Source: the human T2T-CHM13v2.0 reference genome, Homo sapiens
DNA length: 64,000 nt
Assembly (NCBI RefSeq): GCF_009914755.1
Contig: NC_060926.1
Strand: one strand, 5' to 3'
The notes under the pieces were generated by a model. That model did no database searches. It saw only the letters and a program-made list of their open reading frames with translations, and was not told where the DNA came from. The position numbers were made by a program, and so were the translations under genes. Numbering within the stretch: position 1 is the first letter of the stretch; each line of letters starts with the position of its first letter. Of the stretch, positions 42,294 to 56,517 are shown piece by piece.

Positions 42294-43769
42294 TTATATG
42301 GATTTTGTTTCCCCATTTTATTCAGTTTTGCTCTCATGATAGTTATTTCTTTTCTTCACTAGTTTTGGGGTTAATTTCCTCTTGTTTTTCTAATTCTTCT
42401 AGGTGGACAATTATATTGTTAATTAGAGATCTTTGTAACTTCTTTGAGATAGGTGTTTAGTGCTATAAACTTTCCTCTTAAAACTACTTTTGCTGCATCC
42501 CAGAGATTTTGGTTTGTCATGCCTCTGTTTTCATTTGTTTCAAAGACTTAAAAATTCTTCCTGTATTTCACTGCGTACTCAAAGTCATTCAGGAGCAAGT
42601 TAACTTCTATTTAACTGTGTGGCTTTTGGAAGTCTTCTTGGTATTAATTTCTATTCTTATTCCACTGTGTTCTGAGAGTATGGTTTGTGTGATTTTGATT
42701 GTTTTGAATTTTTTTAGACTTATTTTATGGATGAGGATTGAGCTCCATGTTCAGATGATAAGAATGCATATTCTGCAGTTGATGGGTCAAGTATTCTGTA
42801 GATGTCTATTAGGTCCAATTGCTCAAATATCAAGTTTAAGTTCAGAATTTCTGTGTTAGTGTTCTACCCCAATCATCTGTCTAATGCTGTTAGTGAGCTG
42901 TTGAAATCCCCCGCTTATTATTGTGTGGCTGTCTAAGTCTTTTAGTAGGTCTAAAAGTACTTGTTTTGTGAAGGGTGATCCAAAGTTGGGTGCTAATGCA
43001 TTTGGCGTAATTAAGTCTTGAGCTGAGCCCTGTATCATTATGCAATGCCATTTTTTGTCCTTTCTTACTGTTACTTTGAAGTTTGTTTTCTCTGACATAA
43101 GAATTGTGACCCTGCTCTTTTTTGTTTTCCATTTGTGTGGTAGATCTTTCTCCAACACATTTTGTTGAGCCTATGGGTGCCATTACATATGAGATGAGTC
43201 TCTTGAAAACAGCAGAAAAATAAGTCCTTTTTAAAAACCCATCTTGCCACTGTGTATCTTTTAAGTAGAGTGTTTACACCATATACATTCAGTGTTAATA
43301 TTGGTGTGTGAGGTTTTGATCCTATTGTAAAATTGTTAGCTGTTTGCTTTGTAGTTTTTATTGTGTGATTGTTTCGTAGGGTCTGTGGAGTATGTACATA
43401 TGTGTGTTTTGTTAATAGCAGACCTTGTTATTTTGTTTCCATGTTTAGAACTTTCTTAATAATCTCTTGTAAGACTGGACTAGTGGTATGAATTCCCTTA
43501 GTGCCTGCTTGTCTGGGAAAAGTTTTATTTCTTCTTCATTTGTAAAGCTTACTTTGGAGGGATATAAAATTATTGGTTTGAATTTCTTTTAAGAATGCTG
43601 GAGGTAGGTTCCTAATTTCTCTTAGCTTTTAAGGTTTCTGCTGAGAAGTCTACTGTCAGTCTGATGGGTTTCCCCTTGTATATGGTCTACCCTGTTTGTC
43701 TAGCTGCCTTTAAGATTTTTTTCTCCAGCATTGACTTTGAACATTCAGGTGACTGTGTGGTTTGGTGAT

Positions 43770-46039
43770 TGTATTAGTCTGTTTTCATGCTGCTGAGAAA
43801 AACATATCAGAGACTGGGTTATTTATAAAGAAAAAAAGTTTTAATGGACTCAGTTTCATGGAGCCGGTGAGTCCTCACAATCATGGCGGAAGGCAAAAGA
43901 CACATCTTACATGGTGGCAGGGAAGAGAGAACTTGTGCAGGGAAACTCCCCCTTATAAAACCATCAGATCTCATAAGACTTATTCACTATCAAAATAACA
44001 GCACAGGAAAGACCCACCTCCATGATTCAATTACCTCCCACTGGGTCCCTCCCATGACATGTGGGAACTGTGGGAGCTAAATTAATGATAGGATTTGGGT
44101 GGGGACACAACCAAACCATATCATTCTGCCCTTGCCCCTCCTAAATCTCATGTTCTCACATTTCAAAACTAATCATGACTTCCAAACAGTCTCCCAAAGT
44201 CTTAACTCATTTCAGCATTAACTCAAAAGTCTACATTCCAATGTTTCATCTGAGACAAGGCAAGTCCCTTCTGCCTACGAGCCTATAAAATCAAAAGCAA
44301 ATTAGTTACTTCCTAGATACAATGGGGGTACAGGCACTGGGTAAATACAGCCATTCCAGAGAGGAGAAGTTGGCCAGAATAAAGGGGTTACAGGCCCCAG
44401 GCAAGTCTGAAATCTGGTGGGTCAGTCAAATCTTACCAAAGTGATCTCCTTTGACTTCATGTCTCATATTTAGGTCATACTGATGCAGGAGGTAGGTTCC
44501 CATGGTCTTGGGCAGCTCTGCCCCTGTGGCTTTGCAGGATGTAGTCCCCCTCCTGGCTGCTTTCATGGACTGGCATTGAGTGTCAGCAGCTTTTCCAGGT
44601 GTGTTGTGCAAGCTGTCGGTGGATCTACCATTCTGCGGTCTGAAGGATGCTGGCCCTCTTCTCATAGCTCCACTAGGCAGTGCCCCAGTGGGGACTCTGT
44701 GTGGGGGCTGCAACCCTATATTTGCCGTCTGCACTGCTCTAGCAGAGGTTCTTCATGAGAACCCTTCCCCTGCAGCAAATGTCTGCCTGGACATCCCGAC
44801 ATTTCCATATGTCCTCTGAAATGTAGGCAGAGGTTCCCAAACCTCAATTCTTGACTTCTGTGCACCCACAGGCTCAAAACCATGTGGAATCTGACAAGGA
44901 TTTGGGCTTACACTCTCTGAAGCCATGGCCTGAGCTGCACCTTGGCCCCTTTTAGCCATGGCTAGAGCATCTGGGATGCAGGACACTAAATCCTTAGACT
45001 GCACATAGCAGAGTGGCCCTGGGCCCAGCCCATGAAAACATTTTTTTCTCCTAGGTCTCTGGGCCTGTGATGGGAGGGACTGCAGCAAGTGTCTCTGACA
45101 TGCCCTGAAAACATTTTCTCCATTGTCTTGGTGATTAACATTTGGCTTCTCATTACTTAGACAAATTTCTTCAGCTGGCTTGAAATTCTTCTTAGAAAAT
45201 GGGTTTTTCTTTTCTATTGCGTTGTCAGGTTGCAAATTTTCTGAACTCTTATGCTGTTTCCCTTTTAAAACTCAATGCTTTCAACAACGCCCAAGTCACC
45301 TCTTTAACGCTTTCCTACTTAGAAATTTCTTTTGCCAGATACCCTAAATCATCTCCCTCAAGTTCAAAGTTCCAAAAATCTCTAGTGCAGAGGCAAAATG
45401 CTGCAAGTCTGTTTGCTAAAACATAGCAAGATTCACCTTTACTCCAGCTCCCAACAAGTTCCTCCTCTCCATCTGAGACCACCTCATCCTGGACTTCATT
45501 GTCCATATCACTATGAGCATTTTGTTCAAAGCCATTCAAAGGAAGTTCCAAACTTTCCCACATTTTTATGTCTTCTTCTGAGCCCTCCAAACTGTTCCAG
45601 CCTCTGCCTGTTACCCAGTTCCAAAGTTGCCTCCATGTTTTCAGGTATCTTTACAGCAGCTCCCCACTCTACCAGTACCAATTTACTATATTAGTCCATT
45701 TTCACGCTGCTAGTAAGAACATACCTGAGACTGGGTAATTTATAAAGAAAAAAGGGTTATTTAACTCACAGTTCCACATAGCTGGAGAGGCCTCACAATT
45801 ATGGCAAAAAGCAAAACGCAAGTCTTACATGGCAGCAAGGAAGAGAGAACTTGTGCAGGGAAACTCCCCCTTATAAAACCATCAGATCTCATGAGACTTA
45901 TTCACTATCACAAGAACAGCATGGGAAAGACCCACCCTCATGATTCAATTACCTTCTACTGGGTCCCTCCCATGACGTGGGAATTGTGGAAGCTATAATT
46001 CAAGATAAGATTTGGGTGAGGCACAGCCAAACCATATCA
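43770..46039 (-). mobile_element. Complete THE1 (B/C-like) element (LTRs 43770-44123 and 45687-46039)
   Basis: Two LTRs, internal MaLR ORF remnants, perfect TSD GTGAT. Confidence 0.93.
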
Positions 46040-47254
46040 GTGATGTTCACTTTGCAGAGTATGTTGCATATGTTTTCTGGATTTTTTTATATCTAGATGT
46101 CTACCTTTCTAGCAAGATTTGGGAAATTTTCTTGAATTGTTTCTTCAAATATATTTCCCAGATTGATAATTTTTTCTCCTTCTTTCTCAGCAATGCCAAT
46201 AAATCATAGATTTGGTTGCTTTACATAATTCCATACTTCTCAAATACTTTATTCATTTTTAAAATTTCTTATTTTCTTTATTTTTGTTGTACTGGCTTAG
46301 TTTGAAAGACCTGTCTTTAAGCTCTGAAATTTTTTCTTCTACTTGATCCAGTCTATTGATAAAACTTTCAATTGTATTTTTAAATTCCTTAAGCAAGATT
46401 TTTCAATGCCAGTAGTCCTGATTGATTTCTTTTTCAGATGTTAATCCTTCTTTAATTTCCTGGATTCTTCAGAAGTTTATTTGTTTTTATTCTCAATCTT
46501 GTCTTAAGTCTCATTGAACTTCTTTTCAATCCATGCTTTCAATACTTTATCTGTAATTTCTGAGTTTTCATTTTTGTTAGGAACCATTCCTGGAGAGCTA
46601 GTGTGATCTTATGGTTGTGTCATTACATTCAGATTTTTCATAGTGCCGTAGTCCCTGTGCTGGTTCCTTCTCATCTGGAGACAACAGCACTTCTTGTTTT
46701 TTAAAATATTTTTGAGTGGATAGGATTTTTTTCTTTATTCCCAATATTATCATTAGTATTATTTTTCTCTGCCTTTCAATTTTTTCCCCTCTCTAGGGAG
46801 TGTGACTGTAGATAATGCTGTGTTGAGTTTTTGGCTTTGTTTCTATAGCCTCATAAACTTCTTTTGGTAGGTTTTGTATTGGGATGTGCAGTTTGACCTA
46901 CAAGCCCATAAATGGCCCTTATAGAAAGGAGCTGGCTGCAGCCAACATGGTTGTGTATATACTTGATCCTTGATTACTGGTAGAAGCTCCCTGTTGCCTC
47001 AGGCAATGGGCTGATTTGTGAAATACACAGTGGTCTGAGCTTTTTCCTCGGTCCTTGAGGGGTGGCAGCCACAAAGGGTAGGGCTGGAATGACAAGTTCT
47101 ACCTACAGGTCCCCTGATGGCAGGTATAAAACCCAGCACCAAGGGAGAATCCAGTGGGCAGCCATAATCCTTGTAGAGGTGTGCTCAGGCATGGGGATGG
47201 AAAACCTCCTTGACCCCAAATTCTTTGCACAGAGATGGGAGTTAGACTAAACTC

Positions 47255-47650
47255 CTAATCCAGGAAAGTGGGTGCTGCAGATGTCTGGTCATGGAGCAAA
47301 GAGGGCCTCCCTCCATCATGATCTATGTCAAGGAAAAATGGGGTGGCTCAGGCTGCTGAACCAGATGAGAAGGTATTTTGAATGCCTGGAGATCTGCCTG
47401 GTTGTGGGGTAGAGAGAACCTTACTGCACCACAATCTATGTCCAGGAAGGCCATTGCAGCTCTAGCTGCTGAGCCAGGTGAACTGATGTTCTGAATGCCT
47501 GGAGATCTGCCTGGGTATGAAGAAGAGAAGGCCCTACTGAACCATGATCTATGTCCAGGAAGGGTAGCACACCTCAGGCTGCCGAACCAGGTCTCTGAAT
47601 GCCTGGATTTCTGCCTGGTGGTGGAGCAGAGATAGACTCACTTCATTGCA
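47255..47650. repeat. ~100-bp degenerate tandem repeats (3-4 copies) in the L1PB 5'UTR
   Basis: Recurring GGCTGCTGAACCAG..TGAATGCCTGGAGATCTGCCTGG..ATCTATGTCCAGGAAGG. Confidence 0.8.
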
Positions 47651-48514
47651 GTCTCAGAGGAGCAGGGTAGGGCACACAACAATGGCACATGAAAATTAGT
47701 TCCAGGTCAACAAGCTGGCTTTGGCTGCAAGTCTCACTGCCCAGGAGAAACTGCAGCTGTAGTAGCTCTCCTCCTGCTCCAGGCATATGATGCAGAAGAG
47801 CACAATTCCAGTGCCAACTGTTGAAGCACTTTCCACAGTTCTGTCTGTAGAGGCCCCTATCTTGGTCCAGAACAGGTGCTCATCTCTGGCTTGAGGCTAA
47901 AATGCCTGCACATCCATGCAGCTCAGTCACCAATGAAGGTGGCTTTGTATGTGCAGGAATAAAAATGGTGTTCTGCTCTCAGTCCCAGCTCTGGGAAAGT
48001 GTGTGCAGTTTTTCCAGTGTTTTTCCCACATGACTTCTCCAAGCCTTTCCCCTAGTTAGCTTCAGGGTTTGAGAGAAACAATGTTCTCTCTATCAGCCTG
48101 GGTTGCTTGGGTCCACATTGAAAAGGTGATTCACAGCAGGAGGCTCTCTGTTTCTCTTATATATTAGGGCTTCACTCCTTTTCATCAGCTGGTCACCATC
48201 ATGGAGACTGTTTGGTGATGTTCTCCTCTCTGGGATCTAGTGTGTCCTTAATGATTCCAGTTGATTCCCAATTTCCTTCTTGAATTAAAGCTCACTGAGT
48301 TGATCTTTATATATTTTTCTATTTCCAAATGGCTGAGGCATGCTGAAAGCATCCAATCTGCAATCTTGGGGAAATAAAAACACAAAACAAAAAACACCCA
48401 TGCCTTTTTTACACTTCTGACTCTCCTGCAATAGCGGTCACTTTTGGTATGAGTCAAGGCCAATCTTCTGTTCATACACTACAGCATCAGAGAGGTGTTA
48501 AGAATATACCTCTT

Positions 48515-48830
48515 GGCCAACTTCATTGGCTCATGACTGTCATCTCAGCAATTTGGAAGGCTAATGTGGGAGGATTGCTTGAGACCAGCAGTTCATGATC
48601 AGCTTGGGCAACATAGTGAGACCCCATCAGTACAAAATAAAAATTAAAAAAAAAAATCAGCTTAGTGTGCTGGTGTGCTCCTCTAGTCCCAGCTCCTTGG
48701 GAGGTTGAGGTTAGAGGATCATTAGAGTCCAGGAGTTCAAGGCTGTAGTGAGTTATGATCCTGCCATTGCACTCCATCCCCAGCCTGGGTGACAGAGCAA
48801 GAATCTATCTATGAAAGAAAAAAAAAAAAT
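48515..48830 (+). mobile_element. AluJ
   Basis: GGAGGATTGCTTGAG..GGCAACATAGTGAGACC; TSD AGAATATACCTCT. Confidence 0.9.
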
Positions 48831-49139
48831 AGAATATACCTCTATTTGTAATAGCTGACTTTCTTATTGCTTAATATAGCAATGCTCTGTATCTTCCCTT
48901 ATTCAACTGACAATTAGAACCAATGTGCAAACTAAAGCATTGAATTAAGACCATCTTTAATGTGGTATCAATATTATCCAAACCCTTCCTTGGCCCAGGT
49001 TAAGACTAGGCCCAGCCAGTATTTGTGGATTCCTATATGAAATGTCCATAGGCAATTTTTTTGGTTTCCAGTTGGTAAACATGTTAGGAGTAACAAAGAT
49101 TGACCTTAAAGTAGTGGCAGTAATTCATCTGTCATTATT

Positions 49140-49508
49140 TGTTATGGACTGATTTTTTGTGTCCCCCTAATGCTCATATGTTAAAGCTTTTACCCTCAAT
49201 GTGATTTTATTTGCAGATAGGGCCTCTGTGGAAGTAATAAAGGAGATCATATAGGTGGGATCCTAATTGGAAAGGTCAGTTGCCCTTATAAGAAGAGACA
49301 TCAGAGACCTATCTGTCTGAGAATACTTAAAAGAAGGGTTGCTTGAGGACAAAACAGCCACGTGCAAGCCAGGAGGGTGGCCCTCATCAAAAAGTGGACT
49401 CTGCTGGAAGCTTGACTTTAACTTAACAGCTTTCAGTATAGAGAATGTAAATTTCTTTTGTTTAAGCCACCAGTCTATATTATTTTGTTATGGCTGCCTG
49501 AGTTACCA
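49140..49508 (+). mobile_element. MLT1 (MLT1A-like) solo LTR
   Basis: TGTTATGGACTGA..CCCTCAATGTG..TTTAAGCCACCAGTCTAT..TTTGTTATGGC. Confidence 0.8.
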
Positions 49509-49699
49509 TGTCCTTTGTACATTTCCAGCTGTGTAAAATTTAAATATTTCTTACATTTCTTCTCTGGATCTAGCATCAGAGTACGTTGTATTTTTTTTTT
49601 CCTTCTCTCTTTTTCTTTCATTCTTTACTAAAAATATCTTTTAAGAGAGTTTTTTTTTCTTAAAGAAAAATTTCCTTTTCCCCTTTCTTGCCTTCTTTT

Positions 49700-51000
49700 T
49701 ATACACTTATAAAATTTAAAACATTATTTTTGTTAAGTAAGTCAGAGAACACAAAAATTCATACAGTATGAAAGTTCTTCATTCTATGTCATTCTGTTTA
49801 CTTTCCACAGAAACAGTAATAAAATGCCATTAATAAGATATGCATTCTTTGAGACCTGTATATATTCATTTATACGCATCTATCATACTTAAAGTACTCA
49901 AAACTGTTTACTTTTTTATAAAAATATTACATTTTGAAACTTTTCTTTTTATTTAGCACAATTTCTGATTTATCTTTCCTGTGAATGTATCTAGGTTTGT
50001 TACTCTATTTTTAATGGCTTTATTTTGTTCTTACTTTGAGTATGTAATTTTTATATATCCAGTCTTCTGTTAAGATATATCATGTTATCCCTAATTATTA
50101 TGACATTTGCAAATGGTGTACATACGTATTTGTCTCTGAAGAGAGGTTCCTTGAAGTAGAATGATAGTCCAAATATTTAATGCACTACTTAATATTGACG
50201 AATACTGCAAAATGCTGCCGCATTTTAGATTGTTCTTAAACCAATGCTCAGTTGGACTTCAAATCTTAGTTTATTTATAACTCAAAATATTATGAAAAGG
50301 AAGTAATACTCTCCAGAGGATTCTAACAGATACAGAAAAATGTTAATGGTTATTTGTTTTTATTTTGCAAGTGAAAAAGGGACTGACTTTCCTGAGGTCC
50401 CTTGATATTATCAGGAATTCTATAAACGTAGGACAAAAAGGAAAAAAGGCAGTGATAACAAAAACAAGATCAAATTCATGATGAATTTTTGAGCAAACTA
50501 CATAACCTAAAATACATAAAGCAGACATTTCTAGTATTCTAGAAGAAATAGAAAATGCCAGAACATAGTGGGGTGCTTTCATTTACCTTACTCAGAAAAT
50601 GATAGATTAATATTGGATGAAAAACAAAACAAAACCAAAAATATCACAGTACATTTTCTATGAGAAACCAATTTAAATAAAAATAGTACAGAAAGTTTAA
50701 AAATATCAGTTTGGAAAGGAAATTATATTGTAAATTGTAGAAAAAAGATTAAAATTGCGATAAATGATAAAATAAGCATTAAGTGACAAATTAAGATTTT
50801 ATACATGAGTGAAGGAATATAAATATGTAAGAATGATAATTAAGAACATATGCTTTCCTAGAAATGGACTCTAAACACATACCAATTGACAGAAATTGTG
50901 ATAAGAAATGTAATTAAATATTTCATACACACCTCTGAGAAACTCTTACAGAAATCAGATTAATAATTTTTTAAAATAGAAATTTTAATGACATAATTAT
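49700..51000. mobile_element. Highly decayed L1ME-like fragments
   Basis: Weak L1 3'UTR-like (49700-50240) and A-rich ORF2-like (50590-51000) sequence. Confidence 0.35.
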
Positions 51001-52140
51001 TAACTAATAAGAAACTCTAAGAGAGGGCGGTGGAGAAATTTTCCATTATGTAAATACTAAAGTGTGTCTGGCAATCAACAGTAATAAGAAATTAAGATAA
51101 AGTAAATCATCTCTACAATGAATGTGGATGTCAAAATTAAACTGAGAAGCCAAAACATTTGCTTACATATTTGTTTTTATACAGAGAATTTCAAGAAGCA
51201 TTCTGTTTCACAAAATAAGTGATACCTGTCTATTTTCTGCTAGTGCCATTTCACTTACTTATGGCTAGCTTTGTTTTTCCATGTGAAATATCCAAGCAAG
51301 GATATTTTCAGTGTTATTTTTATCAGTCTATAAATTTTTAAACACCAATGACATCCCAAACAGTATTCTAGACACTACAAAGAAAAGTTTCAAAGAAATG
51401 CTATTTTCTTAGAAATGGTTATTATTTTAAAAATTTAGTACTACTGCCGTTTTTCAGTAACAATAGACAAAAATAAAGAATTATGTCTCTGCCCATGATT
51501 TAACCATTGAATTATTATTCTTTATTTTACCTAGAGTCCTATGATATGGTGATTTGTTAGATTGATAAAGAAATTCTTCTTTCTAACTGCTTGCTTTCTC
51601 ATTCTGACATCTTTTCAACAAATCGCTGTTGTTTTACATCACTTTCTATTTAAGTAGGGTTTTTTATGTTTACTCACTTATTTTCCTATTGTTCCACATA
51701 CAGTTATGTAGATTCAATTGTATTATTTTTAATTGTTGTGGATACATAATAGTTATACATTTTTGAGGTTACATGTGATATTTCGATACAAGCATACATG
51801 ATTCCATTCTTAAGCTACAGATTTGCACATCTGTCCTCAGCTCTGAAATGATGCCACAGATAACGTTGGGATATATCAGTTTTGGAAACATATCAGAGAG
51901 AAATGAGTACACTTATTTCCCAAATGTCACTTAAAGTGTTGTATTCAGGTCCTCAATAACTCACCAGTAATATTGCTAGGTAGTAAAAATAGTATGTACA
52001 GAAAGGCTTAGACTTGTAGTGATCCAAGGTCAGTGCAGTAGGAGTGACCCTTCCAGGGTGCAGGCAATAATTCAAACGTGAAGACAATAACAATTAAACT
52101 GATGAAGATTGGTCAGTTTTCTGTCACTGTAAGCCTATCT

Positions 52141-52873
52141 TTTTTATATATACTTTAAGTTCTGGGGCACATGTGCAGAATGTGCAGGTCTGTTACATAG
52201 TTATACATGTGCCATGGTGTTTTGCTGTACCCATCAACCCATCATCTATATTAGGTATTTCTCCTAATGCTATCCCTCCCCATGTCCCCCACCCCCCAAC
52301 AGGCCATGGTGTGTAATGTTCCCTTCCCTGTGTCCATGTGTTCTCATTTTTCAACTCCCACTTATGAATGAGAACATGCAGGGTTTGGTTTTCTGTTTTT
52401 GTGTTAGTTTGCTTAGAATGATGGTTTCCAGCTTCACCCATGTACCTGCAAAGGACATGAACTCATCCTTTCTTATGGCTGCGCAGTATTCCATAGTGTA
52501 AATGTGCCACATTTTCTTTATCCAGTCTATCATTGATGGGCATTTTGGTTAGTTCCAAGTCTTTGCTATTGTGAACAGTGCTACAATAAACATACATATG
52601 CCTGTGCCTTTATAGTAGAATGATTTATAATACTTTGGGTATATAACCAGTAATGGGATTGCTGGGTCAAACGGTATTTCTAGTTCTAGATCCTTGAGGA
52701 AACACCACACTGTCCTCCACAATGGTTGAACTAATTTACACTCCCACCAGCAGTGTAAAAGTGTTCCTATTTCTCCACATCCTCTCCAGCATCTGTTGTT
52801 TCCTGACTTTTTAATGATTGCCATTCTAACTGGCATGAGATGGTATCTCACTGTGGTTTTGATGTGCATTTCT
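52141..52873 (-). mobile_element. L1PA7/8-like 3' end
   Basis: ORF2 C-terminus (EIPFDPAIPLL, YTMEYCAAIRK) plus 3'UTR. Confidence 0.9.
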
Positions 52874-53394
52874 CTTGGTAAGAATAAGATAGTCTTTCCT
52901 CCAAAAAATGTTTTGGGTCTCAATTCTAAACAATTTTAGTTGTTGTGTATGTATAAGCATACAGTACATACACATACACACACATTTTTGTCAAATTTGC
53001 ATATTTGTTATCCTTTAATGCTGTCCTTTAATAAACATTTTGTTATACATTAAAGGTCATTTGGAGAGTTTCCAGTTATACAGTTTGCCCATGCCACTTG
53101 CAGACTTTGCTGCATACATTCCTTTGAAAATTAGTATCAGGTTTTGGGCAAAGTCACCTTCTTCAACTCCTGCAGAGCTATAGGAGTTGTAGTGGGCCCT
53201 TCAAGGTATAAAATTATACATGAAGTGACCCATTAAGGGGCTAATTACACTTAAACATTTTAATAAATCAATTTATTATATTTAATTTAATTCCATTCAA
53301 ATGATATTAACTAAGTGCCAGCTCTATATTAAGCTGCTGAAGACATAGCAGCAAAGACTTTGAGCTCCTTGCTCAAATTACGGATTTTAATGTT

Positions 53395-56062
53395 TAATGA
53401 TTAGTGATGTTTAGCATTTTTTCATATGCTTGTTGGCCTTTTGTATGTCTTCTTTTGAGAAGTGTCTGTTCATGTCCTTTGCTCATTTTTTAGTGAGGCT
53501 GTTTTTTTTTTGCTTCTTAATTTGTTTCCCATAGATTATGAATATTAGAACTCATTGAATGCAGAGTTTACAAATATTTTCTCCCATTCTGTAGGTTTTG
53601 TGTTTAATCTGTTGATAACTTATTTTGCTGTAAAGAAACTTTTTCATTTAATTGGGTCCTATTTATCAATTTTTGTTTTTGTTGCAATCTGCTTGTTGAA
53701 CTAATACATTTATCATTATGTATTGCCTTTTTTGTCCTTTTTGATCATTGCTTTAAAGGCTGTTTTGTCTGAAATAAGAATAGCAACCTCTACTCTTTTT
53801 TGTTTTCTGTTTGCTTGATAGCTCTTTCTCCATTCCTTTACTTTGAGCCTGTGGATGACATTGCATGTGAGACGGGTTTCTTGACGACAGCATATAGTTA
53901 GGAGTTGCATGTTTATCCAATTTGCCATGCTGCACCTTTTAAATGCGGCATTTAGAAGCAAATACTAAGGGAATTTATAACCACCAGAACAGCTTTACAG
54001 GATGTCCTCAAGGGCACGCTAAAAGTGGAAATGAAAGGTTGTTACCAGCCACCACAAAAACACACTTAAATACATAGACCACTGACACTAAAGCAACCTC
54101 ACAGTCAAGTCTACATAACATCCAATTAACAACATGCTGTTAGGATCAAATCCATACAAATCAATATTACCTCTGAACATAAATGGTGTTCATAGTCTTA
54201 ACGTGACTATTTAATCCCTCAGCTCTTGAATTGTTTTACTGGATTCCTTAGATACCTTGGATTGGGTTTTTAATGTTCTCCTGAATCTCAATCTTTGTTG
54301 CCATCTAGATTCTGAGTACAATGTCTATGTCATTGTAGCCATTTCAGCCTGATTAAGAATCATTCTGGAAAGTGACTGCAGTCATTTGGAGGTAGAAAGA
54401 CACTTTGGCTTTTAGAGTTGCCAGAGTTCTTGCAGTAGTTCTTTCTCTTCTGTATAGGCTGATATTTTCCTTTAATCTTTAAAGTTGCTGTCCTTTTTAT
54501 GGGGCTCTTTGCTTTCATATTGTTTGATGGTCCTGAGGTTTTCACTGTGGTATAAGTTGGATATAGTCAATTGGCTTCCTTTCTGAATGATTTCAGGGGG
54601 CCAAGGCTCAGCTCAGCACTCCTGTGTTGCTTCCTCTAATGCTGGGTGCCTGAGATAAGGCCTATGACTTTCTTCTCTAGCCCCTTTACCTCAAGCACTG
54701 CTGTGCTGGAGGAACCAAGGTGTTCCTGGTCTGCTGGCAACACTTTGACTGGGGTGCTGACAAAAGCACTTCATTGGGGCAGTGTCAGCAGGTTCTGTAC
54801 TCGTGCATATGTTCCAGTGGCAACAGGGTGGTGGTGGGACAGCAGGATTTGTTCACACTTACAAAGTGGTTGGAGGAGACTGTGGTTGAGTGCATTTTAG
54901 CAAAGTGGTGCGAGGAGGCTTTGGGTGGCTGCAGATTGGTGGAGTCTCATCTGCAAAAGCTCTCTAACAGTTAGGTGGGATTTGCTGGTAAAAGAACTAC
55001 GGTGATGTACACTGGGAAGCTCTCCAGCTGGGCATCTAAGCCTGTACTGCAGGTGGGTGTGGCAAGGCAAGGACCCTGGAAGACGCCAACAGACAGGGGG
55101 ACCATCAAAACAGACTGCCCTGCTCTCACATGTGAGATAGCCCTGTTCGGTCCAAATCTAACAGTTAACAAGTGCTAAAGTCACCTAGAGGATCATGGCT
55201 TTGGATCTCTCAGATATGGTTTTTTTCCTTTCTAGGGCTGCAACCCAAAGTTTGGAATTGAGTTTGGGACAAAAGTGTCTCAAGGGATGCATGGATTCAG
55301 ATGAGCCTTGCCAAATTTGCAGTCATCAGCCAGCAGGGGTCATTCCTCTGTTGCCTCCCTATCATAATGTACCTTATATTCATTATTCAATTCACCATTA
55401 ATGGGTACTTAGGTTGATTCTGTGTCTTTGCTATTGTGAATAGTGCTGCAGTGAATAAATCAATGCATGTGTAGTTTTGGTAGAATGATTTATTTTCCTT
55501 TGGGTGTATATGCATTAATGGGATTGCTGAATTGAATGGTAATTCTATTAGTTTTTTGTGAAATCTCCAAACTGCTTTCCACAGTAGCTGAATTAGTTTA
55601 CATTCCCACCAACAATGTAGACATATTCCCTTTCTATTCTGCCTCACCAACATCTATTTCCTGACTTTTTGATAACAGCCATTCTGACTGGTGTGAGATA
55701 ATATCTTATTGTGGTTGTGATTTGCATTTCTCTGATAATTAATGATGTGATTAATTTTTCAAATGTTTTTGACCACTTATATATCTTCTTTTGAGAAGTC
55801 TCTGCCCATTTTCTTTGCTCTCATTTTCATAGAGTTATTTGACCTTTGCTTGTTGATTTTTTAGTATTCCTCGTAGAATCTGTATATCAGAACTTTGTTT
55901 AGTGCATAATTTGCAAATATTTTCTTCTCAACCTATAAAAGTCATAGAAGAAAACCTACCAAGTACTCTTCCAGATATCAGCCTTGGCAAAGATTTTATG
56001 ACACACAGGGAGTACTATCAACAGAGCAAAACAGACAACCTACAGAAGTAGAGAAAATATTT
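53395..56062. mobile_element. Patchwork of L1P fragments in alternating orientation
   Basis: minus 53395-53955, plus 53956-54185, minus 54190-55930 (ORF1/5'UTR, then ORF2 end), plus 55930-56062. Confidence 0.75.
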
Positions 56063-56196
56063 ATTACATTTTCAGTTTCATTACTCATTATTGGTTTGTC
56101 CAGATTATCTATTTCCTCATAGTTCAATGTAGGTAGTTTTTATGTGTCTATGAATTTATCAGTTTCTTCTAGATTTTCCAATTTGTTGGCATGTAG

Positions 56197-56517
<321 letters not shown>

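Noticed and set aside
44426-45590. Similar ORFs at 17.5-19.2, 32-33 and 44-45.6 kb as a gene family or segmental duplication
   Set aside because: Independent MaLR internal regions, each with its own LTRs and TSD
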